The translations under genes were made by a program, and so were the position numbers. Shown here one piece after another: positions 1-12,166 of a stretch of DNA of 64,000 bases. The notes under the pieces were generated by a model. The model was given only the letters and a program-made list of their open reading frames with translations, was not told the origin of the DNA and did no database searches. Source of the stretch: Dictyostelium discoideum (lineage: Eukaryota); contig CM000151.3 in assembly GCA_000004695.1 (NCBI GenBank), positions 2,624,001 through 2,688,000 on the forward strand, in the 5' to 3' direction. The stretch's first letter is position 1. Each line of letters opens with the position of its first letter.

Positions 1-496
1 CGAGACCATATTGTGTACGCAGTTCGTCACCGTCAGGATTTTCAGTACCGTCGATGAAGTCGGTCAAATCTCTTTCTTCAACTCTACGAAATCCGTGAAT
101 CTCTTGCTTGATATCTAATTGATCTTCACCGAAATTTCTCATTGTATCTTGTGCTAGTTTAAAGCACGTATCCATTCTATCAGAGATAATATGAATGAGG
201 ATGTCTCTTTGAGATGTGCCTGGCATGTATGAACTTAAAGTGTTTACGGATTTCAATTCTTTTGGTTTTGATATTTTCTTTGTTACAGTGTCCCAAATAT
301 CAGAACTAAAACAAATTGCACCTCCAATTCTAGATTGTGGTGATATCTTATCGATTTCATCCAATTCTAATGTAAATTTCTTTATATTATCTTTAAATTT
401 CTTTAATCCCTCTTGGTCATTTTTTTGAATTTTTAAATTTCCTTCTAAAAATATGCCATATAAACAATGCATTGGTAACACTGTTGACTGTGCCAT
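1..496 (-). CDS. DyP-type (dye-decolorizing) peroxidase, YfeX-like. Only the N-terminal ~165 aa is in the window; the start codon is at 496-494 and the CDS runs off the left edge.
   Basis: The minus-strand ORF MAQSTVLPMHCLYGIFLEGNLK...RDLTDFIDGTENPDGDELRTQYGL contains the DyP hallmark G/FxDGTENP (GXXDG) motif. GC is higher than the flanks. The +strand ORF 216..428 is its antisense. Confidence 0.6.
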   Translation of the reverse strand, partial: MAQSTVLPMHCLYGIFLEGNLKIQKNDQEGLKKFKDNIKKFTLELDEIDKISPQSRIGGAICFSSDIWDTVTKKISKPKELKSVNTLSSYMPGTSQRDILIHIISDRMDTCFKLAQDTMRNFGEDQLDIKQEIHGFRRVEERDLTDFIDGTENPDGDELRTQYGL

Positions 497-604
497 TTTA
501 AAATTTAAAAATTTACTGTTATTAATATTAACAGTACCAGTGAAAGATCTTTTAATTAATCTATTAATTTTTAAAAAATAATTATAAAATTATAATAATA
601 TTAA

Positions 605-644
<40 letters not shown>

Positions 645-742
645 TGTTTGAAAAATAATAAAAATAAAAATAAAAAAAACTAAAAATAATAGTTTTGTGT
701 TTTCTGTTGGGTGGTGGAATAAAAAAAATAAAAAAATTAAAT

Positions 743-779
<37 letters not shown>

Positions 780-830
780 AAAATATAAAAATAAATAATA
801 TTGGGTTAGAAATAATATAAGATTAATATT

Positions 831-881
<51 letters not shown>

Positions 882-1066
882 CGTATTTACATGTGTTAAT
901 TTAATTAAATTAACACATGTTAAATTATCTTTATATATTTTTTTTATTTTTTATTTTTTAAACACTTTTTTATAAATAAAAATTTAATATTAAATTTTAA
1001 AAAAAAAAAAAAAAAAAAAGAATATATAATTACTATTAAATTTAAAATCCAAAAAATTTTAAAAAA

Positions 1067-2656
1067 ATGATAGAAACAAACCATAAAGATAATTTTTTAA
1101 TTGATGGTGAAAATAAAAATTTAGAAATTAATGATATTATTAGTATTAGTAAAGGTGAAAAAAATATTATTTTCACTAATGAATTATTAGAATTTTTACA
1201 AAAAGGAAGAGATCAATTAGAAAATAAATTAAAAGAAAATGTTGCAATTTATGGTATAAACACTGGTTTTGGTGGTAATGGTGATTTAATAATTCCATTT
1301 GATAAATTAGATTATCATCAAAGTAATTTATTGGATTTTTTAACTTGTGGCACTGGTGATTTTTTTAATGATCAATATGTTAGAGGTATACAATTTATTA
1401 TTATAATTGCACTTTCAAGAGGTTGGTCAGGTGTTAGACCAATGGTAATTCAAACATTGGCTAAACATTTAAATAAAGGTATAATTCCACAAGTACCAAT
1501 GCATGGATCAGTAGGGGCAAGTGGTGATTTAGTACCTTTGAGTTATATTGCTAATGTGCTATGTGGAAAAGGTATGGTGAAGTATAATGAAAAATTAATG
1601 AATGCTTCAGATGCCTTAAAAATTACATCTATTGAACCACTAGTTTTAAAATCAAAAGAAGGTTTGGCATTAGTAAATGGTACAAGAGTAATGAGTTCAG
1701 TTAGTTGTATTTCAATTAATAAATTTGAAACTATTTTTAAAGCTGCAATTGGTAGTATCGCATTGGCAGTTGAAGGTTTATTAGCTTCAAAAGATCATTA
1801 CGATATGAGAATTCATAATTTAAAAAATCATCCAGGTCAAATTTTAATTGCACAAATTTTAAATAAATATTTTAATACTAGCGATAATAATACCAAAAGC
1901 AGTAATATTACATTCAATCAATCTGAAAATGTTCAGAAATTGGATAAATCAGTACAAGAAGTTTATTCATTACGTTGTGCTCCACAAATTTTGGGTATAA
2001 TATCTGAAAATATAAGTAATGCAAAAATTGTAATAAAAAGAGAAATTTTATCAGTTAATGATAATCCATTAATTGATCCTTATTATGGTGATGTATTAAG
2101 TGGTGGTAATTTTATGGGTAATCATATTGCTAGAATAATGGATGGTATTAAATTGGATATATCTTTGGTTGCCAATCATTTACATTCATTAGTTGCTTTA
2201 ATGATGCATAGTGAATTCTCTAAAGGTTTACCAAATTCCCTAAGTCCAAATCCTGGAATTTATCAAGGTTATAAAGGAATGCAAATTTCTCAAACTTCAT
2301 TAGTAGTTTGGTTAAGACAAGAAGCCGCACCTGCTTGTATACATAGTTTAACAACTGAACAGTTTAATCAAGATATTGTTAGTTTAGGATTACACTCTGC
2401 AAATGGTGCTGCATCAATGTTAATTAAACTATGTGATATTGTTTCAATGACTTTAATCATAGCTTTTCAAGCCATTAGTCTTAGAATGAAATCTATTGAA
2501 AATTTTAAATTACCAAATAAAGTCCAAAAACTTTATTCTTCAATTATAAAAATTATTCCAATACTTGAAAATGATAGAAGAACTGATATTGATGTTAGAG
2601 AAATTACAAATGCAATACTTCAAGATAAACTTGATTTTATTAATTTAAATTTATAA
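1067..2656 (+). CDS. Histidine ammonia-lyase (aromatic amino acid ammonia-lyase family, MIO cofactor)
   Basis: A 529-aa single ORF. It has the Ala-Ser-Gly MIO-forming motif inside GSVGASGDLVPLSYIA. It also has an N-terminal INTGFGG and HAL-family colinearity. Confidence 0.85.
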   Translation: MIETNHKDNFLIDGENKNLEINDIISISKGEKNIIFTNELLEFLQKGRDQLENKLKENVAIYGINTGFGGNGDLIIPFDKLDYHQSNLLDFLTCGTGDFFNDQYVRGIQFIIIIALSRGWSGVRPMVIQTLAKHLNKGIIPQVPMHGSVGASGDLVPLSYIANVLCGKGMVKYNEKLMNASDALKITSIEPLVLKSKEGLALVNGTRVMSSVSCISINKFETIFKAAIGSIALAVEGLLASKDHYDMRIHNLKNHPGQILIAQILNKYFNTSDNNTKSSNITFNQSENVQKLDKSVQEVYSLRCAPQILGIISENISNAKIVIKREILSVNDNPLIDPYYGDVLSGGNFMGNHIARIMDGIKLDISLVANHLHSLVALMMHSEFSKGLPNSLSPNPGIYQGYKGMQISQTSLVVWLRQEAAPACIHSLTTEQFNQDIVSLGLHSANGAASMLIKLCDIVSMTLIIAFQAISLRMKSIENFKLPNKVQKLYSSIIKIIPILENDRRTDIDVREITNAILQDKLDFINLNL

Positions 2657-2942
2657 AATAATAATTAATAGTACAACAAAAAATATAATAAAATATAATT
2701 TTAATAGAAACAGTTAATAACTTTTATTTTATTTTATTTTATTATAAAAGGAGGTGATTTTGTATAGTTTAGAGGGATACTGTGGTTGATTGAGATTTAT
2801 TGAGTGTTTCAATTTTATTTTCAACAATTGAAATTTTTCTTAATAACATTTCTTTCTTAAATTTTAATTTTTCAAGTTTTTGTGAACTAGCTTGACTATG
2901 ATCAGATTCATTTTGGAGTTTTGGTTTGACATTGGTTTCAAC

Positions 2943-3719
2943 TTAAGAAATTAAATTTGTATTACAATCATTTAAACGATTTCTACGATAATGATGACAG
3001 TATGGTTTTTTAGTATTTTGTCCAACTTGAACATTTTCACTTTTGGTGTTTTTAAACTCATTATAATTTAATGTTTGTGATTTTTCTTGATTTTGAATTG
3101 AACGAATTTCTTTTTTTGATTTTGGGGTTTCAGATGACTTTTTTAATTTTCTAATTAATTCTCTTAATTCTTTAATTGATTTTTTAACATCATCACCATT
3201 ATTTGTTGAAGTAGTTGTAGTAGTGGTGGAGGCAACTGAAGGAGCTTGGATTTGAGTTTGACTTGAGTTTGTGGTATTTGTAGTTGTGACACATTGCTCG
3301 TCACTGTCATTTGTTGAAGTGGTTGTAGTAGTGGAGGTAACTGAAGGAACTTGGTTTTGGGTTTGATTTGAATTTGTAGTATTTGTAGTTGTAACACTTT
3401 GTTCATCACTATCATTTGTTGAGGTGGTTGTAGTAACTGAAGGAACTTGGATTGGATTTATATTTGTAGCACTTTGTTCAGTGGTTTTGGAACTACCAGA
3501 TTGACTTTTATTTTCAAGTCTTAATTTTCTTTTATCTCCACGATATTGTTTCTTAATTAATGAAATATATTCCTTAATTTCTTCTCTGGTTTTTGGAACA
3601 CCATCAGATGAGTTTTTAAATTGATCAATAAGTTCACCAATTTCTTTTCTATTCTTTGGACAAACAAAATTTGAATTAAATTGAATTGAACCAGTATTAG
3701 TATTGTCAACAGCTGTCAT
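2943..3719 (-). CDS. Ser/Thr-rich hypothetical protein with internal imperfect tandem repeats (VTTTNTTNS.QTQ.Q.PSV.STTTTTSTNDSDEQ, about 3 copies)
   Basis: 258-aa ORF. The N-terminal 70 aa are of normal complexity (MTAVDNTNTGSIQFNSNFVCPKNRKEIGELIDQFK...). The nested ORF 3164..3415 is in another frame of the same repeat. Confidence 0.45.
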   Translation of the reverse strand: MTAVDNTNTGSIQFNSNFVCPKNRKEIGELIDQFKNSSDGVPKTREEIKEYISLIKKQYRGDKRKLRLENKSQSGSSKTTEQSATNINPIQVPSVTTTTSTNDSDEQSVTTTNTTNSNQTQNQVPSVTSTTTTTSTNDSDEQCVTTTNTTNSSQTQIQAPSVASTTTTTTSTNNGDDVKKSIKELRELIRKLKKSSETPKSKKEIRSIQNQEKSQTLNYNEFKNTKSENVQVGQNTKKPYCHHYRRNRLNDCNTNLIS

Positions 3720-3879
3720 TTTTTTTTTTTTTTTTTTTTTTTAAGAATTTGTTTTAAAATTTATTGTTTTTAGTTTATTTGTTTTTGAAATGATTTTTTT
3801 TTTTTTCAATACATAATTGGTATTTATATTGTTTTTTTTTTTTTTTAAGAATTTGTTAAAATAAAACTTGAAAAAATAA

Positions 3880-4110
3880 GAGAAAAAATCCCAACGTTAC
3901 CACCCAAACTTTTAAAAAATGAGTAACGTTTAATTATTTGAAAATGAGAAAAAATTAAGAAAGTTAAAAATAAATGAAATTTTTGAAAAAATGAGAGAAA
4001 AAATCCCATGGTTACCTCACAATTTTTTAAAAAATGAGTAACGTTCAATTATTTGAAAATGTTAAAAAATTTAAAAAGTTAAAAATAGATGAAATTTTTG
4101 AAAAAATGAG
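3880..4110. repeat. Two tandem copies of a ~118-bp direct repeat in the intergenic region, followed by an (AAT)n microsatellite at 4141-4190
   Basis: Unit ...gagaaaaaatcccaacgttaccacccaaacttttaaaaaatgagtaacgtttaattatttgaaaatg...gttaaaaataaatgaaatttttgaaaaaatgag is repeated with about 90% identity. The small ORF 3845..4048 lies inside it. Confidence 0.6.
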
Positions 4111-4138
4111 TATCGTTTAAGAATTAGTTTAAAATAAA

Positions 4139-4190
<52 letters not shown>

Positions 4191-4314
4191 TTATAATAAT
4201 TTATTGTAATAATAACATTTAAATATTTGTTTTTTAAATTAATTAAAATTTAAAAAAACTTTTCTTTTTTTTTATTTTATTATTACTTTTTTTTTAATAT
4301 TACTTTTTTTTTTT

Positions 4315-5355
4315 TTATAATTTACTTATTAATTTATTAAAATGTAATAATTTTGGTAAACCTTGATCAACTAATTTAATTGCTTCAATAGCACAACCCC
4401 AACTTACAGTGAAACCACTACCACCATGACCATAGTTATGAACTACTAATTTTGAACCACCTTCAAAGAATTCATTTTCTAAACGAATTTCATGTCTAGC
4501 AGGACGTAGACCAACTTTAACACCTTGAATTTCAATTCTATTTTTAGCAAAACGTGGTGAAATCATGGCTACACGTTTTAAGATTTCTTCAGTATCTTTT
4601 TTAGTTGGATTTGTATTGTAATCGTGTTCTTGATTTGTACCACCTAAAACTGTATTTGTTAAACGTGGAATTACATATGCGATATGATCTTCTTCATCCA
4701 TGATTGAACGATCGGTTGAGTTTTTAATAACGATAATTTGACCACGACCTGGATAAATTGTACGATCATTGAATAATTCACGTGATCCTAAACCGGTGCA
4801 ATTTACAACTACATCATGGTCAACAAAAGCTTCACGAATATCAACGAGGTGTCTTTGTTCAATGATTCCACCTAAACTTTTGAATTGGTCGACTAAATAA
4901 TCCATATACATATCAGTGTCCATAACGAAACCGTCATCAATTGCATAACCATCTACATATCCATCTGGTAGTTCATCTTTTCTAGCTCTTCTAAATGATT
5001 TAATGTATGGTTTCCATTCTGGATCTTCTGGATGTGGACGTCTGAAAATTTCATTTACTTTCTTTGTGATTGTACCTGATTTTGGGTCATTAATAATATG
5101 ATCTTTATAATATTGCATGGTTTCTGCTGACCATTTACCAACTAAATCTAGTGGATTACATAAAAATGGATACCATAATGCTGCTGCTTTATTTGAGGTT
5201 GTATTTGGTGGTAAATCTTTGGCCCAAATTGATACACTCTTATAATTACCACTCTTTAATGCAATAATACCTGTTGATAAACCAATACAACCACATCCAA
5301 TAATTAATAAATTAATTTTTGGATTTTTATTATTATTATTTTTATTTTGATTCAT
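4315..5355 (-). CDS. D-amino-acid / D-aspartate oxidase (FAD-dependent DAO family), peroxisomal with PTS1
   Basis: 346-aa ORF. It has an N-terminal Rossmann GxGxxG (LLIIGCGCIGLSTG), DAO-family colinearity (HNYGHGGSGFTVSWGCA near the C-terminus) and a C-terminal tripeptide -SKL. Confidence 0.85.
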   Translation of the reverse strand: MNQNKNNNNKNPKINLLIIGCGCIGLSTGIIALKSGNYKSVSIWAKDLPPNTTSNKAAALWYPFLCNPLDLVGKWSAETMQYYKDHIINDPKSGTITKKVNEIFRRPHPEDPEWKPYIKSFRRARKDELPDGYVDGYAIDDGFVMDTDMYMDYLVDQFKSLGGIIEQRHLVDIREAFVDHDVVVNCTGLGSRELFNDRTIYPGRGQIIVIKNSTDRSIMDEEDHIAYVIPRLTNTVLGGTNQEHDYNTNPTKKDTEEILKRVAMISPRFAKNRIEIQGVKVGLRPARHEIRLENEFFEGGSKLVVHNYGHGGSGFTVSWGCAIEAIKLVDQGLPKLLHFNKLISKL

Positions 5356-5751
5356 TCTTAAAATTTATATATTTTTTATTTTTAAAAATGTTAATGTGTT
5401 TTTGCCGAATTATTTTTTAAAAAAAACCTCGTTTCCTTTAGAGGTTTTTTTTTTTTTTTTTTTTATTTTATTTTTAATTTTTTTTTTTGATTTTTTATTA
5501 TTTTTTTCATTAAAAAAAAATGATAAAAAATCAAAAAAAAAATGAAAATAAGAAATTTCGGCAAATTTATTTTCACTGGTTTTGAGTGATGATATCTAAT
5601 TGGGATTGTTGGGATACCAAAAAAAAAATAAAAAAAAATAAAAAAATAAAAAAAATAAAAAACCAATAAAATAATAATAAAAATATAAAATTTAATAAAA
5701 AAAAAAAAAAAAAAAAAAAAAAACAATGTTTTTATTTTTAAATCTAAGATT

Positions 5752-5789
<38 letters not shown>

Positions 5790-6263
5790 GTATTTAAAAA
5801 AAAAAAGAAAAAAAAAGATAATCTGATTAAAGTTATATAAATATTAAAAATAATATCAAACATTGCTCATTTGAGATCGAATTAATAAATGATACTCCAA
5901 GCCATTATTTTTTTTTGTAATTTTGAATTAAATAATTAATTTTTTAACTTTGTATTTTATTAAAAAAACATAAAAAAGTGTTTTAGAAAAGAAAAAAAAA
6001 GTGTAAATTAGCAAGTTGCAACATCAATGATTTAATTTTATCAAGATTGGTTATACCATTAAAAAGTCTTTTCAATTAATATTATTTTATTTTATTAAAA
6101 GAAATTTTTTTTTTTCTTTTCTTTTTTTTTTTTTTTTTTTTTTAGAATATTTAATATTTATTTAATTAATTTAATTTTTATTATTTATTATTTATTTATT
6201 ATTTATTATTATTTATTATTTATTATTATTTATTATTTTTATTATTATTTTTATTATTATTAT

Positions 6264-9200
6264 TTAACGTCTTGGTTTTTGAGTGAGATAAACAAAGAAT
6301 AATACTGCTAAAATTGAACTACCCCAATAAGCAACAATAATTCCAAAATTTCTCCAACGATGACCATAATCCCAACCTAAACTTGTTTCGAAATAATCAG
6401 AACCTGAACTGTAAATACAATAACCACATTCGTTTGTAGTATTACTTAATGGAACAACATAACCAGTAGCTTGTTGGAGGAATGGTGCAGAATAGGTTTG
6501 ACAATCGGTACCACTTGGAGCAGTGAATTTAATTAAATCTACATCAGTACATAAAACTTCAATTGGTTTTAATACAGTAGTGATTAAACCTTCCAAGAAA
6601 TATTTAGCAGGGTTTAAATGGTATAACCAATCTTGATAGAATGAACTCATTGCTGGTGGTGGAATTTGAACTCCACAAAGTAAAAAGAGATAAAAGAGAA
6701 CAATTGGTAAAGCAGCGATTGAAATGGCGATATTAACACATGCAGCACCTAAAGCTTGAGCAAATGAAACAATATAAACACTAAACATTGTATGCATTAA
6801 CCAATAGTAAAAGTTTGCACTAGCGGTTGAATCAATACCAGAGGTCCAATAGGTTGCAATGAAAAACAAAGTACTTGATAAAACTACATATGGAATTTCA
6901 ACGGCAATCATAGACAAGGAGAATGCATGCCATGAATAATATTTACTAGCAGTATCACGTTTGAAATATTCTTTTTGAATGAAAAACATTGGTAAAACCA
7001 AATAAATCAATAATACACCAAGAATCATTGCTTCCCAACTCATAAAGATTCTTTGTTGTTGATCGGATGAACTATTTTTTAAATCATAAAAAGTGAAACC
7101 AATTACTAAACCAGATACAGCACTTTGAGCAAAACTACCCATTGTATAGAAAACGTCACGATAATAAATGATATTTAAACGTTTGTAAACCTCAATGAAT
7201 TGAGTTAGGAAACCATTTGCAAATTCTCTTGGTGGTGCTTGCTTACCATCGACTTGCAAATCACTATCTAAAATATATTTTCCCAATTCTTCTTTTGTTC
7301 TTAAAAGATCCAATTCATTGACAACATTTTGATACTCTGATGATTGTTTCCAAGCTTCTGGCCAATTAACATCGGTCTTACCATGAATACCTGCACCAGT
7401 TGCTTCTAAAATATATTCTGCTGGATTTTCACTTTCAGTACATGGACGAACACCATGACGTTCAAAGTATGATGTTAAAGTTTTTGATTTATCACCAATA
7501 TCACCGAAATAAACAGTTTTACCACCTCTAGCCAATAAAAGAATACGATCGAAATGTTCAAATAATACTGATGATGGTTGATGAATTGTACAAACCAATG
7601 GCATACCCGCATCGGCTAATTTACGAATGAATTTAATAATATTATATGATGATTGAGCATCCAAACCTGATGTAGGTTCATCAAGGAAGAGAATTTGTGG
7701 TTTTGCAACTAATTCAACACCAATTGTTAATCTTTTTCTTTCTTCAACTGAAATACCAACACCAGTTTCCAAAGTACCAATTAAAGCATCACCTAAATGT
7801 TTCATTTCCATCATTTCTAAAACATGTTCAACATATTGATATTTATCTTTTAATGGTACCCATGGTTCTTGACGAAGTTTTGCAGAGAATCTTAATGCCT
7901 CTCTAACTGTTAAACCTGGATTATGAACATCCATTTGTTCAACATAACCAGTGATACGTTCAAAATCAATTTCCAATTGCTTACCATTTAATAATGATTC
8001 ACCAGTTACAGTACCCATGGTTTTTCTTTTTGCCAATACATCGAGTAGGGTTGTTTTACCAGCACCTGATGAACCCATCAAAGCAGTCATTTGACCAGGT
8101 TTAATCCAACCCATAATATCATCCAATAGTAATTTATTTGTTCCAGCTACTGGTACAGTATAAGAAATTGATTTCCAAGAGAAAAGACCACCTCTCATCT
8201 TTAAAGTATCTTTCATATTATCAGTTGCTTTCTTTACGATTTGATTTTGATTTCTTTCTTCTTCAACATCATTTAATTTTGGAGCTTTACCTCTTTTATA
8301 TACTTTATGAGTATAACCACCACTTGTCCAATCGAAATATTCAACGGCGAATAAATTCAATCCAATATAAAATAACCAAAATAAGAAAATTACTACAACA
8401 TTTAATGCTCTATGATCACTATTAATTTGTAATGCATCCCATAAATAATTTTCACCTTTAACAGACAAAGAACCTTCAATTGAACCTGGTACTGCACAAA
8501 TTCTATGTGACATATCAGAATATGTTGAATTATTAAAATGATCAAATGGAATAGCACTATCTAAACATGAAAAATCTAAACCTTTAAATTCATTAATCAT
8601 TAAACTTTTAAATGCATATGCTAATGGATTAACTATTATTAAAAAAAAAAAAAAAAAAAAAGTTAAAATATATTTTAAATAAAGTGAAGTTAAAAAAAAA
8701 AACTTACTATAATAAGTCCATTTAAACCAAGAATGCATTTTATCTGGAGTTTGAGAATAACCAAAATAATTTACTTCAAAAATGAAAACAAAATTCATTA
8801 AATTTTGTGCAGTAAATAAAGATGGAGTAAAATTTGCAAAACCTCTAAATAATGAAGCACTTGATAATGATACACCAACCAATGTGAAACAAAATATAAA
8901 GAATTTATCAGCACGATATTCAAAGCCATACATGAAATAAACTATGAATGAATGTAAAAATACTTGAACCAATATAAATGGAATATCAATTAGAATTTGT
9001 GAAACAAAATAAGCTGAAGGACGATATAGAGCATAGCTTTTATGTTTTTGTAAGATCCTTCGACCTGATAGAGCACCGTGGAGCTCCCCTTGAGTTAAAA
9101 TACAATTGAAAATGATAGAAGTGAAAATAGCACCACCTCTTGTAAATAAACCATCCGTTGTTAATGGTTGTTGGAAATAAATACCACCAAAAATAAATGA

Positions 9201-10307
9201 TAATACAAGAATAGTTAGAAAACGTGAAGTTAATGTAAATTTATCACCCCAAGTTAAACTTAATTGTCTTTGAGTTAAAGCAATTGTTTGAGCATAAAAA
9301 CTAGAACTATATTCAGAGTTTTTAGAAGTTGTTCTACTTTTTTCATTCAATACTTGTTCTTTAAAATCAACAGATGGTTTTTGTTGTTCAACTTGTTTTT
9401 CATATTCTAATTGAGCATGTTTCATTGATTGGAATAATTGTGATTTCTTCCAAGCATCTTCTAAATCGACAGAAGTCTCTGGTACTCTACCTTCAAACCC
9501 AACTTTAACAATACGTTCTTGTGGATTTGTAATACCAGTTAAAAAATCTGGAGTTGATTTACGTGGTTCACAATCGAATCCTAAATCTAAAAAGTATTGT
9601 TTTGCCAAACCAATTGGACCAAAATAAATACAACGACCTTTATCTAAAACAATAACTTTATCGAATAAATTATAAATTGAATCTGATGCTTGATAAAATG
9701 ATGCAATTGTAGTTTTATCTAATGTATCAGACATGATTCTTAAGGATTTTGCATAATCATAGGCTGATGCTGCATCCAAACCTCTGGTTGAACAATCCCA
9801 ACATGTAATGGATGAACCTGAAACCATAGCCTCTGTAATTGTTATTCTTTTTCTTTCACCACCTGATAAACCTCTAACAAATTCATTACCAACCATTGTA
9901 TCACCTTGATTCACTAAACCATACATACTAACTAATAATTCATAGATTTTAGTTCTAAAATTTCTTTTACTTTCTTCTGGTAAACGATTACCTGGTGTCT
10001 TTAATTTTAATGTAAAATCCAATGTTTCACGAACTGTTAGAGTTGGATGATGAATATCTTCCTCACCTGTATAAAGAGTTTCACCTCTATATTTTGACCA
10101 ATCACTTGCTGCAATATTACCATATGTTACATCACCATCAACTGAAATATATGATTCACGTTGATTTGCAATTACTCTTAATAAAGTTGAACAACCTGCA
10201 CCTGGTCTACCTAATACTAATAACATTTTACCATCTTCAATAAATGCATTAATATCATTTAATATATTAAATGTATTAATTTTATTTTTATCTTTTTTAA
10301 AACTTTT

Positions 10308-10345
<38 letters not shown>

Positions 10346-10782
10346 TAAATAAATATTAATACTTGAATTCAATTTATTTTAAAAAAAAAAAAAAAATTTA
10401 AAAATTTTACTTACTAATTAAAAGGATTTAATAATTTTCCTAAAGCTTTAAATGGTGTTGAATTATCAACAATTACAGAATTATCAGCACCTTGACCAAC
10501 AACAGTTAAATTTTTAATTGAAACACCCATTTTCTTTGGTTTATGATTAATTAACATTTTTTGTCTTTGAGAATCCTCAAAATATTGTCTTAATTTAAAA
10601 TCTTCTTCATTTTCTGGTTTTCTTTCACCCAACTCAATATCATGGTTATTATTATTTTTACCACCATCAATTTCTCTAAATTTGATTGATTGTCCTTCTA
10701 ATTCTTTTGAAACATTTTCAAATTTTTCTTCAATATTATTTATTGAATCATAATCATAATCATTATCATTATTATTATTTAA

Positions 10783-10839
<57 letters not shown>

Positions 10840-10877
10840 TTCGGAAATTCTAATTGATTGAAAAGTTTTATCCTCTT

Positions 10878-10881
<4 letters not shown>
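6264..10881 (-). CDS. ABC transporter, G family, PDR-type full transporter (NBD-TMD-NBD-TMD), about 1476 aa after splicing
   Basis: Exon 1 is 10415..10881 (MEEDKTF...[20 protein letters not shown]...LLNPFN). The GTAAGT..AG intron is 10303-10414. Exon 2 starts at 10302 and carries Walker [12 protein letters not shown]. It has two ABC signatures, LSGGERKR and VSVEERKR, and a second Walker [11 protein letters not shown]. There is a probable in-frame 75-nt intron at 8633-8707 (GTAAGT...AATAATAG) that the ORF track reads through. Confidence 0.9.
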
Positions 10882-10921
<40 letters not shown>

Positions 10922-12070
10922 TTTATTTTTAGCTTTATGATTTGTTTTTTAGTTCGGGTTTTTTTTTTTTTAAAAAATTTAATTTAATTTAATTTAATTT
11001 AATAATATAAATTAAAATTTTATTTATTTAAATATTATTTATATTTTATTTAGTCAAAATAAAATTTATAATTTTAAATTATTGTTTTTTTTTGAAATGA
11101 TTAGAAAAATAATTTTTCAATCAATTTATATTTTTTTTTTTTTTTTTTGGTAAATTATCCTTAAACTCAAAAAATAATTAAAAAAATATTATTTTATTAT
11201 TTTTAAAATAAAAAAAAAACCTGGAGGCTTCATTAAAAAATAAGAAGCAAATAATCAATATCTAATTTTTTATTTTTAAAAAAAGAAGGGGTGTAGAATA
11301 ATGATGAATACTAATCAATTTAAAAAAGGAAATTAAAAAATATCTAATGTTTTTGTTAAATAAAATGGTTGTAGAATATAATATGTAACAATTTGCTACG
11401 CCAATTTATTATTATAATTTTTTTTTAATTTTTTTTTATTTTTTTTTATTTTTTTTTTTAAAAACCTATTTTTAACTTAAAATCGCCCAACAAATCTAAA
11501 AAGGTTCGCGAACCTTGAAGTCTTTTGTTCTTATTTTAATTATTTTTAATTTATTTTTTTTATTTTTATTTTTTATTTTTATTTTTTAATTTATTTTTTT
11601 TAAATTTTTTGCTTTTTATTTTATTTTTATTTTTTGCTTTTTTTTGCTTTTTTTTGCTTTTTTTTAATTTTTTTTTTTTTTTCTAGACGTTTCATACCAA
11701 AACCAAACGACAACATATCAATCGTGTCATAAGAATGACATTCTAATTTTTTGTATTTATAATCAGTATGTGTTTGTTTATATGTGTGTATGTTTTTTTT
11801 TTTTTTTTTTTTTAACATCATGATTAAACTTGAGAAAAAAAAAAGAAAAAAATAAAAAAGTTTCCAATTGTATAAGTTTTTTTTCTTTTTTTTTTTTATT
11901 TTTTTTTTTTTTCGTTTCATTGGTCATATTTATTTAATTGTTATTTTCGAGCAAAAAATTAGAAAAAAAAAAGTATATATATTTTTTGTAAAAAAAAAAA
12001 AAAAAATTTTAAATATTATTTTAGTTTATTAATAAAATTAATGATGATGCGCTATTATCATTTTTTTTTA

Positions 12071-12114
12071 TTAATTTGAATTTTTACTACTACAACTATT
12101 ATTATCAAATTGAA

Positions 12115-12166
<52 letters not shown>

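Noticed and set aside
216-428. + strand 70-aa ORF near the window start
   Set aside because: It is the antisense of the better-supported DyP peroxidase CDS on the minus strand.
5463-5726. 87-aa Phe-rich ORF between the DAO and ABCG genes
   Set aside because: It is a poly-T/A intergenic tract read as Phe/Lys codons.
7697-8425. + strand ORFs 7697..7906 and 8138..8425 (also 10022..10243)
   Set aside because: They are antisense to ABCG transporter exons and have no features of their own.
11627-11920. 97-aa Lys-rich ORF in the ABCG upstream region
   Set aside because: It is a poly-A/T intergenic sequence with no coding signal.
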